A stretch of 42,305 nt of DNA, taken from positions 1-42,305 of the forward strand of contig JAJZTT010000003.1 in NCBI GenBank assembly GCA_021848705.1, read 5' to 3'. This document shows, piece by piece, positions 17,286 to 26,065 of this stretch; within the stretch, counting starts at the first letter, position 1, and each line of letters starts with the position of its first letter. Both the position numbers and the translations under genes were made by a program. This DNA comes from Pseudomonadota bacterium. Lineage in GTDB: Bacteria; Pseudomonadota; Gammaproteobacteria; Burkholderiales; JABEVD01. Under the pieces are notes generated by a model. The model saw nothing but the letters and a program-made list of their open reading frames with translations, had not been told where the DNA came from and made no database searches.

Positions 17286-20207
17286 ATGAGCAGATTCCTT
17301 TCTTTCGCACTGCTTTTTCCCGCCATCGCACTGGCAGAAGGGCCGCCTCCCGGCACCTACGACCATGTGAATTCCGGCGGGACCTTCATGCAGACCAACA
17401 CCAGCCTGCTCAATCTGAACCCGGGCCAGACCGGTTATTCACCCGGCATCAATTCGAATCCGGTACCCTATACCGGACCCTCCCCGTTTTCCTCCTTCAC
17501 CCCGGCGCCTTCCGGACAGGGAGCATCCGGAGAATCAAACGGTAAAGGCCAATCCTCCGGAGGAAGCCAGTCATCGAATGGATCTTCGGGGGGCAGGCAG
17601 TCTTCCGAATCTTCAGGAAACGGACAGAACGCGGCAGGACAGACCGGGGGAAGCCAGAATCCTGGCGAAAGACCGGAAACTTTGGGCACCGGCGGCTTCG
17701 GAACAGCCGGAACACCGACCGGGGGCACTGGAGACATGACCGGGGCTTCGACCAATCAATACAACCCGGTCAACATGGAAAACGGCGGAACCACCGTGAA
17801 CGCAACGGAGCAGACTACGACCACGGCAGGCGTGACCACGCCGATCACGAATACCGTCACCTATGCCCCCTACAACCCGAACCTGATCGCGATCGGCATC
17901 TCGGGTCCGAACGGCATAATGTCGCCGTTTTTCGGCACGGCCGGCAATGTCGCCCTCCTTTCTTCCGCCGATATCGCCTACACATCCGGATATCCGTCCG
18001 GCATCAACATCTGCAGTCACTGCTCCTCCTATTCGGGCAGTTATTCTTCGTCGATCAGCCTGGTCGGCGCGTCGGGTCCGGTCACCGGAAGCGCAGCCGG
18101 AATGAACTTCGGAAGATGGACGGTATCGACCGGCCTCATTTCCTCCTTTTCCAGCCCGATCGGCAACCAGTACAATCCGGCCACTCCATGGATCTACGGG
18201 CCGCAGGGCTATATCGATCCCGTTGCGGGCGTCCCGGCGTCGTTGTCCGGCACCTTCAGCTACCAACTGGACGGCTCCCCCCCGCCGATCGACCGTTCCA
18301 CGGGAAATACCGGAACCCTGACTTCCGCTTCACTTTCCGCCGACTTCACCCATCTGACGGTGAACGCAAGCATCGGCCTTTCCATGAACGGGGTTTCCTG
18401 GAGCGCGAACGCAACCGGAATGTCGATCGGCAATGCGCAATTCAGCGCAATGCCCGGATCCGGGCTCACGATCAACCAGGGAGGAAGCCCCTGTTCCGCA
18501 TGCGGAGGGCAATTGAGCGGCGCCTTCACAGGGCAGAATTACGCCGGAGCAATTCTCTCCTACAATCTTTTCGATACCGCCGGTACAAACCTTTACGGCG
18601 CGGCTGCGCTCACCCGGAACTATGCGGGAAACACCAATCCGGTCGTCACCAACGGAACACCCGCCCCGACAGGGAACTATTTCGTGGCCTATTACGGCGG
18701 AGGAATCCAGACTTCCTCGAGCGCAGGAACAACCGGCAACGTGCTGACTTCGTTCGGATCCTCTTCTGTCAGCAGTGGGTCCTACTATTTTTCCTATTCG
18801 ACATCCGTATCCTGCACGAACTGCACGGGCAGTGCATCGGGTGATGTCGCCAATACCGGGATCTATTACGGGACATGGGATTCGGGTACGATCACCAACA
18901 TCTCCGATACCAGATGGTCTGCGAGCCCCGGACAGTTCCACTGGATCACAGGACCGGAAGTCTATCCAGTCTATCTCGCCCAGGTGCTGACGGGAACGGC
19001 CACCTTCCCGCTCGCAGGAGGGACCTCCCCCACCGACCAGAACGGGAATACCGGCACGCTCAATTCCGGTTCGCTCTTCGTCAATTTCGACCAGCAGAAG
19101 GTGGGAATCAGCCTTTCCCTTTCGGTCAATTCCCACAACTGGTCGGTCACCACCCCGGCAGGAAACGAGATGCCCCTACAGGGATCGAACGGGATCGGAA
19201 ACACTTCCTTTTCCGGATTCGGGGGGCTGAGCGGAAGCACAGGGCCTGGCAACCTCAGCATCACCCTGGACGGATCAGCAGCTTCCGGAAACCTTTCCGG
19301 ACAGCTCAGCGGGACGGGCATTACCGGGGCGATGGTCGACTACAACCTGAACGGCAACTCGGCCTCCCTCTACCAGTCGGTGAACGGCGTCGCTGCCTTT
19401 TCTTCCACGCCTTTCAGCACCTCGACCCCCTACCAGCTTGTCGCAATCTCCTCGACCGACCTGCTCTCCACTTCCTCGTATTCCTCCCAGTTCTTTTCCT
19501 CTTCCGGTCTGGGCGCTGCAATCAATGCAATTTCACGAATCAGCGCCTCTGCAGGAAACCTGGCCGGATTCGACGTTTCTCCGGTCGACGGGGGAAGCTA
19601 TGCATCGATCTCCCTTTCCCAGGGAAGCAGCACCGCAACCGACTTGGGCAACGATCCGGTATCCGGCATCAGCTGGGGGCGCTGGCAGGGAGGCGTGATC
19701 AGCTACTCCGACCGGAGCAGCGGATCGGCCGGAACGATCGCCCTGGCAGGAGGGCTGCACTGGATTTCAGGGCCGGTCGAAACCGGGCCGGTGACGCTGC
19801 CCACATCCGGAACCTATACCTACACCTTTGCGGGAGGGACGCACCCGACCGACAACCTTGGCAATGTCGGCGTGCTCAATTCCGCGACGCTCAACGCCGA
19901 TTTCACTGCGCAAACGGTGGGCGTCGGCATCAACGCGACGGTCGCAGGCTCGACCCTGAACGCGCAGGCTTCCGGGGTTCCGATCACCCAGGGGGTGACC
20001 TTCAAGGCTTCCTCTTCCATCCCCTCCGGAACCGCGGGCAACCTCTCCGTGAGCTGCAGCGGAAATTGCGGAACATCGACTTCCGGTACGATCGTGGGTG
20101 CATTCACCGGGGCGGGCGCCACCGGAGCCGGAGTCACGTACATGCTGCAGAAACTGGGCGGAATCAATCCGGGAAGCATTTCCGGAGTCGCCGCTTTCCA
20201 CAGATGA
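17286..20207 (+). CDS. Large exported Ser/Gly/Thr-rich protein with a FecR C-terminal-like segment and three TbpB-like handle/barrel repeats (putative Slam cargo)
   Basis: Own SD (AAGGGAG) and signal peptide MSRFLSFALLFPAIALA; three copies of W-I-x-G-P...G-T-x-x-(Y/F)...P-x-D...G-x-L-x-S-x-x-L-x-x-(D/N)-F; ends GVAAFHR. Confidence 0.75.
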   Translation: MSRFLSFALLFPAIALAEGPPPGTYDHVNSGGTFMQTNTSLLNLNPGQTGYSPGINSNPVPYTGPSPFSSFTPAPSGQGASGESNGKGQSSGGSQSSNGSSGGRQSSESSGNGQNAAGQTGGSQNPGERPETLGTGGFGTAGTPTGGTGDMTGASTNQYNPVNMENGGTTVNATEQTTTTAGVTTPITNTVTYAPYNPNLIAIGISGPNGIMSPFFGTAGNVALLSSADIAYTSGYPSGINICSHCSSYSGSYSSSISLVGASGPVTGSAAGMNFGRWTVSTGLISSFSSPIGNQYNPATPWIYGPQGYIDPVAGVPASLSGTFSYQLDGSPPPIDRSTGNTGTLTSASLSADFTHLTVNASIGLSMNGVSWSANATGMSIGNAQFSAMPGSGLTINQGGSPCSACGGQLSGAFTGQNYAGAILSYNLFDTAGTNLYGAAALTRNYAGNTNPVVTNGTPAPTGNYFVAYYGGGIQTSSSAGTTGNVLTSFGSSSVSSGSYYFSYSTSVSCTNCTGSASGDVANTGIYYGTWDSGTITNISDTRWSASPGQFHWITGPEVYPVYLAQVLTGTATFPLAGGTSPTDQNGNTGTLNSGSLFVNFDQQKVGISLSLSVNSHNWSVTTPAGNEMPLQGSNGIGNTSFSGFGGLSGSTGPGNLSITLDGSAASGNLSGQLSGTGITGAMVDYNLNGNSASLYQSVNGVAAFSSTPFSTSTPYQLVAISSTDLLSTSSYSSQFFSSSGLGAAINAISRISASAGNLAGFDVSPVDGGSYASISLSQGSSTATDLGNDPVSGISWGRWQGGVISYSDRSSGSAGTIALAGGLHWISGPVETGPVTLPTSGTYTYTFAGGTHPTDNLGNVGVLNSATLNADFTAQTVGVGINATVAGSTLNAQASGVPITQGVTFKASSSIPSGTAGNLSVSCSGNCGTSTSGTIVGAFTGAGATGAGVTYMLQKLGGINPGSISGVAAFHR

Positions 20208-20312
20208 CCCTCCCCCATCCAGGATTTGCTATGATCCGGTATCGAATCCAGATGGGGAAGCATTCTGAACAGGATCGGAAACAGGTTTCAATGGCTCCTG
20301 CAGTCCGGCTAC

Positions 20313-21551
20313 ATGTCCGTCAACCTGATGATCAAGTCGGGGCTGCACAACCATGCCAAGGCGGTTTCGTATTCCGCGGTGCCGCTCATGCTGCTTTTCG
20401 TGTATTTCCTGAACACCTACCTCAACGGCTACCCGGAAATCCGCGAGGCCTTCAATTCCCTCATTCTGTTCACGCATCTCAATTTCCTCGAGGCTGAATC
20501 GGGAACGAGGCCGGTATTCGAAATCCCTTCCTGGCTCAGCATCGGCATGATCCTCTGGACATCCAGGGGGGTGTACAATTCGATCCGCAATGCCTTCACC
20601 ACCATCTTCTCCGAAGCGAGAAGAGCCCCCTTCCTGCCCGTTCTCATTTTCCCCTTCGGGTTTCTCGTCATCTCCTTCGTCATGCTGGGAGACTATGCGA
20701 TGGACCACATCGACTATTCCTCGCTCGGGCAATTCGGCCACCTTGCGAAATACCTGCTCGGCTCGTTGGCATCCGTCCTGCTTGCCTTCAGCATCTGGGG
20801 GACGACTTTCCTGATCTATTACCGTACTCCCGTGAAAAGCCCGCCAGCAAGATCGGCCGGCCTCTGCAGCCTGTTCTTCCTCGTCTCGACCACGATTTTC
20901 CTGATGCTGTTCCGCAGCGTGATGAACCTGGAATTCTACAGCCGCCTGTACGGCATGGTCGGAGAACTGATCTACGTGCTGATCTGGGTGTATCTCGGAA
21001 GCCTGCTGTTCTTCTTTTGGGCGCAATTCCTTCACGTATCGGGCAGGATCGACCTTTTCGCCCTGGAGAAGATCTTCCTGGAAAGCGCATCCCTTTCGAG
21101 GCCCGAATCCGCCATCGAACATTTCCTGTTCAGGCATTCGGAAAGGATCTTCGGCAAATACGGCCAACACTTCAGGAAGGGGGATTTCATCTTCAGGCAG
21201 AACGAGCACAGCCAGACCGTCTACTTCATCTATTCGGGGAAAGTGGTTTTCCGCCAGCATCACGAAGGGCGGGATGTGCTGATCGGCGTGCTGCACGAAG
21301 GGGAAATCTTCGGTGAAATGGCCCATCTCCTGGGAGAATCCAGGATCGCCACCGCGATCGCGGATTCGGACTGCTTCCTGTTCGTGCTCACGCCGGAAAT
21401 GTATGTCGACATGATGCACGGCAGCCTGCCATTTTCCGCGAAGATCATCGAATCGCTTTCACAGCGGATTTCGAGGATGAACGATGCGGCGCACCCCGTT
21501 GACAGGGCCAGCCAGATCGAATCGCTCAATGCGAAGCTTGCCGGAAATTGA
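20313..21551 (+). CDS. YihY/BrkB-like membrane protein fused to a C-terminal cyclic-nucleotide-binding domain
   Basis: Multiple TM helices with YSRLYGMVGELIYVLIWVY (YihY-like); FRKGDFIFRQNE...YFIYSGKV...GEIFGEMAHL...RIATAIA (cNMP). The true start may lie upstream (see findings). Confidence 0.8.
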   Translation: MSVNLMIKSGLHNHAKAVSYSAVPLMLLFVYFLNTYLNGYPEIREAFNSLILFTHLNFLEAESGTRPVFEIPSWLSIGMILWTSRGVYNSIRNAFTTIFSEARRAPFLPVLIFPFGFLVISFVMLGDYAMDHIDYSSLGQFGHLAKYLLGSLASVLLAFSIWGTTFLIYYRTPVKSPPARSAGLCSLFFLVSTTIFLMLFRSVMNLEFYSRLYGMVGELIYVLIWVYLGSLLFFFWAQFLHVSGRIDLFALEKIFLESASLSRPESAIEHFLFRHSERIFGKYGQHFRKGDFIFRQNEHSQTVYFIYSGKVVFRQHHEGRDVLIGVLHEGEIFGEMAHLLGESRIATAIADSDCFLFVLTPEMYVDMMHGSLPFSAKIIESLSQRISRMNDAAHPVDRASQIESLNAKLAGN

Positions 21552-21644
21552 ACCCTTCCCGAACTGCGATTTCCCCCTGAGAATTCCGGCCCCATCGCCG
21601 TGGAATTTATTTATAATTGCGCAACCCAATTTGTAAAATGAACC

Positions 21645-22967
21645 ATGTACGCGCCATCCGACAAGAAAGCCAGCAGGATCCGCGTGGCTTCCGTCGTCGC
21701 CACACGCTTCTGGTTCAAGTGCTTCGGCACCACGGGGTTCACTCTGATTTTTTTCTCGGCCTATCTCTACCTGCTGAAGCACCCTGCGCACGAAGTGACC
21801 GTCATCCCGGAAACGGCCATCGACCGCCTGATCGGCTTCGAGCCCCTGATGCTTCCTTTCTATCTTTCGCTCTGGCTGTATGTATCGCTTCCTCCCATGC
21901 TGATGCAAAACCGGAGAGACATCGTCGAATACGGCTTCAGGATCGGCAGCCTTTGCCTTGCTGCGCTCGCCATTTTTCATTTCTGGCCCACCGCTGTTCC
22001 TCCTTCCGACATCGACTGGACGCGCTATCCCGGCATGACGTTCCTGAAGGGGATGGATGCTTCTGGAAACGCATGCCCTTCCCTGCATGTCGCCACGGCG
22101 GTGTTTTCCTGTTACTGGCTGAACCGGAAATGCCTCGAAATGGGATTCGGAAAAACCGTCAGGAACCTGAATTTCCTCTGGTGCGCCAGCATCGTCTATT
22201 CGACCATGGCGACGAGGCAACACATGGCGATCGACGTCGCATCCGGAATCCTGCTCGCCTTCCTGTTCGTCCTGATTTTCGAAAAAAAATCCTTCCGGAT
22301 CGGCGTCCATCGGCGAGAATTCATGGGAATCTTCACGTTTCGCAACCTTGCGGTCGCAATCGGTGGAACGATCTATCTCGCAATCGGTTTCATCGCGTCG
22401 ACCGAATCGCATCCGCCTCTTTTCGCAGTGCTTCTGGGACTCTTCCCGCTCGCAGCAGCTTCGCTTGCCAGCGCATGGAAATCGAAAGCGCGAGGGATCC
22501 TCCTGCCGATTTTCGTCGCGGCGGCCCTCGCCATGGCTTTGCATCCGGACGAGTTGCGCGATCACGCAGCCTGGCTGTATTTCCTCCAGCATGCAGGCGC
22601 GATGACGCTGCTCGGCATCACCTTCGGCGTCACGCTGACAGGTGGGCATGAAGAAGCGCTCTGCTCGCGCATCGCAGGCTTCATGATCCATGAAGAACTC
22701 GACGCGGATTACCTCTTCTACACATGGAAAGTCACTCTGGCCTGGACCATCTATTTCGCCGCGAGCGCAACGATTTCGATGCTGCTGTTTTTTCTCGGTC
22801 CGATCGAATACTGGTCGATCTTCGCCAATTTCGCAACGCCAATCTCCCTGGGAGCGATGTTCGCAGGGGAATATCTGATCCGTCTGCGCGTACTGCCGGA
22901 CAGTCCGAAGATGAGCCTCTCTGCCACCATCCAGGCCTACCGGGAATACTCCCAGCGTCAAAACTGA
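21645..22967 (+). CDS. Fusion of a PAP2-superfamily membrane domain and a COG4648-like aryl polyene membrane protein
   Basis: NACPSLHVA and STMATRQHMAIDVASG (PAP2 motifs); second half from MGIFTF (about 22323) with LYFLQH, FGVTL, YTWKVTLAW, WSIFANF, EYLIRLRVLP. Confidence 0.75.
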   Translation: MYAPSDKKASRIRVASVVATRFWFKCFGTTGFTLIFFSAYLYLLKHPAHEVTVIPETAIDRLIGFEPLMLPFYLSLWLYVSLPPMLMQNRRDIVEYGFRIGSLCLAALAIFHFWPTAVPPSDIDWTRYPGMTFLKGMDASGNACPSLHVATAVFSCYWLNRKCLEMGFGKTVRNLNFLWCASIVYSTMATRQHMAIDVASGILLAFLFVLIFEKKSFRIGVHRREFMGIFTFRNLAVAIGGTIYLAIGFIASTESHPPLFAVLLGLFPLAAASLASAWKSKARGILLPIFVAAALAMALHPDELRDHAAWLYFLQHAGAMTLLGITFGVTLTGGHEEALCSRIAGFMIHEELDADYLFYTWKVTLAWTIYFAASATISMLLFFLGPIEYWSIFANFATPISLGAMFAGEYLIRLRVLPDSPKMSLSATIQAYREYSQRQN

Positions 22968-24296
22968 ATGAAAACCCTGCCTCTTCTGCCTGATTCAGGA
23001 ATGGATTCGATCGTGGCCTATCGGGGCGCAATCCCGGTGTGCCGCGAGGAATTTCTCGCCGACGTGCATGCCATTGCCGCCAGCATTCCGGAAACGGAAC
23101 ATGTGCTCAACCTCTGCAAGGACCGTTACTGGTTCGCTGCAACGCTGTTCGCAAGCATTTCCCGCGGCGCGCTCAGCATCCTGCCGAATTCCGCAGCACC
23201 GGAAATCGTCTCGGGACTTTCCATGGAAATCCCGGATCTCGTCTGCCTGGGCGACCAGCCATCCATTTCCCACGACATGCCCTACCTGCGGATTTCCGGA
23301 TTCAAGGCTGCGAAACCCATGCCGCCTGTCCCGCAGATTCCCGCGAACCGCACCATCATGCAGGTCTACACTTCCGGTTCGACCGGAAAACCAAAATCGC
23401 ACGCCAAGACCTTCGGGAAAATCTTCGGGTGCGCAAAGGCGGAGGCGGCAAGAATGTGGGAAGTCGCCGACGGTCCATGCGCCGTGCTCGGAACCGTTCC
23501 TTTCCAGCACATGTACGGGCTCGAATCGACGATTTTCCTTCCTCTTCTCGGCGGTGGGAGACTGAGTTCGCCCCTGCCCTTTTTCCCCGCGGACGTGGCC
23601 GATTCCCTCGCAGCACTTCCCGAACCGAGGCTGCTGGTCACGACCCCGTTTCACCTCGGAAAACTGGTCGATTCGGAAATGGAATTTCCGAGGATTTCGA
23701 CCATCGTTTCAGCGACCGCCCCCCTCTCGGTGGAACTCGCCAAAATCGCAGAGGAAAAACTGGGAGCGCCCATCCTCGAAATTTACGGATCGACCGAAAC
23801 CGGACAGATCGCCACCCGCCGACCGACCGGGACCGTCCGCTGGAAAACCTACGACGGTATCTCGCTCAGTCAGGAACAGGGAGCCACCATCGCAAGCGGC
23901 GGGTATCTGGAAGGACCGCAGCTACTGCCGGACATCCTGGAACTGGAAGACGAATCGCATTTCCGCCTGATCGGGCGAAATTCCGACATGGTCAATGTGG
24001 CCGGCAAGCGCAGCTCTCTTGCCTATCTGAACCAGGTCATCACCAGCGTCCCGGGAGTTCGGGACGGCGTTTTCTGCGTTCCGGAGCCCGATGAAGGCGC
24101 ATCCCGCCTCGCAGCCTTCGTAGTGGCGCCCGGACTCAATCAGCACGACATCCATGCCGCACTTCTGGAAAAGCTCGACCCGCTGTTCCTGCCTCGCCCC
24201 GTCGTGTTCCTCGATTCCCTGCCGAGGGATGGAAACGGCAAGATCCGGGCCGCTGCCGTATCCGAACTCGTCGCAAGGCACATTCACGCAAGATGA
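22968..24296 (+). CDS. AMP-dependent acyl/aryl ligase (XanA2-like starter-loading enzyme)
   Basis: YTSGSTGKPK, QHMYGLE, SATAPL, EIYGSTETG, GRNSDMVNVAGKR, LPRDGNGK. Confidence 0.88.
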   Translation: MKTLPLLPDSGMDSIVAYRGAIPVCREEFLADVHAIAASIPETEHVLNLCKDRYWFAATLFASISRGALSILPNSAAPEIVSGLSMEIPDLVCLGDQPSISHDMPYLRISGFKAAKPMPPVPQIPANRTIMQVYTSGSTGKPKSHAKTFGKIFGCAKAEAARMWEVADGPCAVLGTVPFQHMYGLESTIFLPLLGGGRLSSPLPFFPADVADSLAALPEPRLLVTTPFHLGKLVDSEMEFPRISTIVSATAPLSVELAKIAEEKLGAPILEIYGSTETGQIATRRPTGTVRWKTYDGISLSQEQGATIASGGYLEGPQLLPDILELEDESHFRLIGRNSDMVNVAGKRSSLAYLNQVITSVPGVRDGVFCVPEPDEGASRLAAFVVAPGLNQHDIHAALLEKLDPLFLPRPVVFLDSLPRDGNGKIRAAAVSELVARHIHAR

Positions 24297-24574
24297 CCAC
24301 CGTATCTTTCACTTTCGAAGCCGATCACCCCGCATTTGCCGGACATTTTCCGGGCCACCCGATCGTTCCAGGCGTGCTGCTCCTCGATCGCGCGCAAAGA
24401 ATCGCGACCATCGAATGCGGAGAATGCGAGCTCAGGATGGCGAAATTTCTCAGCCCGGCAGGCCCCGGAGAAATCCTCGAACTGGAATATTCGGTCGAAA
24501 ACGGCTCGATGAAATTCGAAATCCGCTGCGGAGTCCGCAGGATCGCAACCGGCCAGTTCTCATCCAGGTCATGA
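24293..24574 (+). CDS. Hotdog-fold 3-hydroxyacyl-ACP dehydratase (ApeI-like)
   Basis: HPAFAGHFPGHPIVPGVLLL, KFLSP; ATGA overlaps on both sides. Confidence 0.88.
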   Translation: MTTVSFTFEADHPAFAGHFPGHPIVPGVLLLDRAQRIATIECGECELRMAKFLSPAGPGEILELEYSVENGSMKFEIRCGVRRIATGQFSSRS

Positions 24575-25494
24575 CGAACTCCGCCCAGGAAACCCCGGAA
24601 TGGATGCAGAGCAAGGAGCGCGGCAGCCTCTTCCTTCTGAAAATCATGTGCAGGATCTCCCTTCTCGCCGGACGCAACGCATCGCGCATCGTGCTCCACG
24701 GCATCGCCCTGTACTTCATGCTCGCGGTGCCCGCAGCCAGACGTGCATCGCGGGCCTACCTGGAACGCGCGCTCGGCCGCCCGCCCGCCTTTTCCGATCT
24801 CTATCGGCACATCCTGGTTTTTTCCACCACGATCCACGACCGGATCTACCAGTTGAACGATCGCCACGAACTCTTCGACGTGCGCATTTTCGGAGCAGAA
24901 CCGCTGCACGCCATGCATGTCGGCGGAAAGGGATGTTTCCTTTTCGGCGCCCACCTCGGCAGCTTCGAAATGCTGAGGAGCGTGGCGAGGGATCATGGCG
25001 GGCTCAAGGTCAGCGTCGCGATGTTCCCGGAAAATGCGCGCCGGATTCACGAAACCCTGGCTTCGATCAACCCGGCGGTCATGCTCGACCTGATTCCGCT
25101 CGGACAGATCGATTCCATGCTCGAAATCCATAAAAGGATCCAGGAAGGCGCAATGGTCGGCATCCTCGCCGATCGCGCAAGCGGACCGGACAAGTACCTC
25201 GAATTGCCTTTTCTCGGCGCCCCCGCGCGCTTTCCGACCGGGCCGTTCCGAATGGCCGCGATGCTGCGCCATCCGGTGTTTTTCATGGCCGGACTGTACA
25301 TGGGGAAAAATCGATATGAGGTACATTTCGAACTGCTCGCGGATTTCCCCTCCCCGGCAACATCCCGTGAGGAGGAAATCCGCTTCCTCATGGAAAAATA
25401 CGTGGCCGCGCTCGAACGCCATTGCCGGGAAGCGCCTTTCAACTGGTTCAACTTTTTCGATTTCTGGAAAGCCGCAGACAGTGAAAATTCCTGA
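24571..25494 (+). CDS. LpxL/lipid A lauroyltransferase-family acyltransferase
   Basis: Start reassigned to ATG 24571 (ATGA coupling). W...ERGS, AHLGSFE, ILADR, FLGAPARFPTGPF, PFNWFNFFDFW. Confidence 0.88.
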   Translation: MTNSAQETPEWMQSKERGSLFLLKIMCRISLLAGRNASRIVLHGIALYFMLAVPAARRASRAYLERALGRPPAFSDLYRHILVFSTTIHDRIYQLNDRHELFDVRIFGAEPLHAMHVGGKGCFLFGAHLGSFEMLRSVARDHGGLKVSVAMFPENARRIHETLASINPAVMLDLIPLGQIDSMLEIHKRIQEGAMVGILADRASGPDKYLELPFLGAPARFPTGPFRMAAMLRHPVFFMAGLYMGKNRYEVHFELLADFPSPATSREEEIRFLMEKYVAALERHCREAPFNWFNFFDFWKAADSENS

Positions 25495-26065
25495 AAAAAT
25501 CGCCGCATTCCTCCTCCTTGCGCTCGCCTCCTGCTGCGCGCTCGCGGACGACCTGCAGATCGGGCAACTCATGCACATGCTCGCGAAAAACAAGTCGGGC
25601 AAGGCCACCTTCGTCGAGAAAAAGTACATCGGAATCATCGACAAACCCATCGAATCGAGCGGTGAGCTCGCCTTCCAGGCGCCGGACAGACTGGAAAAAC
25701 GCACGCTCACCCCGAAGCCCGAGTCCCTGCTGCTCGAAGGAAAAATCCTCACCATAGACCGTCCGGGGAAGAACCGCATGACGGTGAATCTCGACGAGCA
25801 CCCCGAGGTCGCGGCATTCATCGAAAGCATACGCGGAACGCTTGCCGGAGACCTTTCCTCGCTCGAAGCAAGCTACACCGTGGCGCTTTCCGGAAGCGAG
25901 AAAAATTGGCAGCTCTCGCTCAGCCCCAAACAGGAGCGCCTCTCGCGCATTTTCAAAAAAATCCTGATCGGCGGAACGAACTCCGACATTCGCACCATCG
26001 AACTCGACCAGAGCGACGGAGATCATTCCGAAATGATCATCACCGGGTCCAGCGTCGAAAGATGA
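25481..26065 (+). CDS. LolA-like periplasmic lipid carrier
   Basis: GTG start at 25481 with signal peptide; FVEKK...P..SSGEL.F.APD.LEK; WQLSLSP. Confidence 0.82.
   Translation: MKIPEKIAAFLLLALASCCALADDLQIGQLMHMLAKNKSGKATFVEKKYIGIIDKPIESSGELAFQAPDRLEKRTLTPKPESLLLEGKILTIDRPGKNRMTVNLDEHPEVAAFIESIRGTLAGDLSSLEASYTVALSGSEKNWQLSLSPKQERLSRIFKKILIGGTNSDIRTIELDQSDGDHSEMIITGSSVER

Noticed and set aside
18012-20069. c-type heme-binding motifs in the cargo protein
   Set aside because: None of the Cys pairs is followed by His (no CxxCH).
21612-21639. Sigma70 promoter for the first aryl polyene operon
   Set aside because: TATAAT and TAAAAT hexamers are present, but no convincing -35 at the correct spacing.
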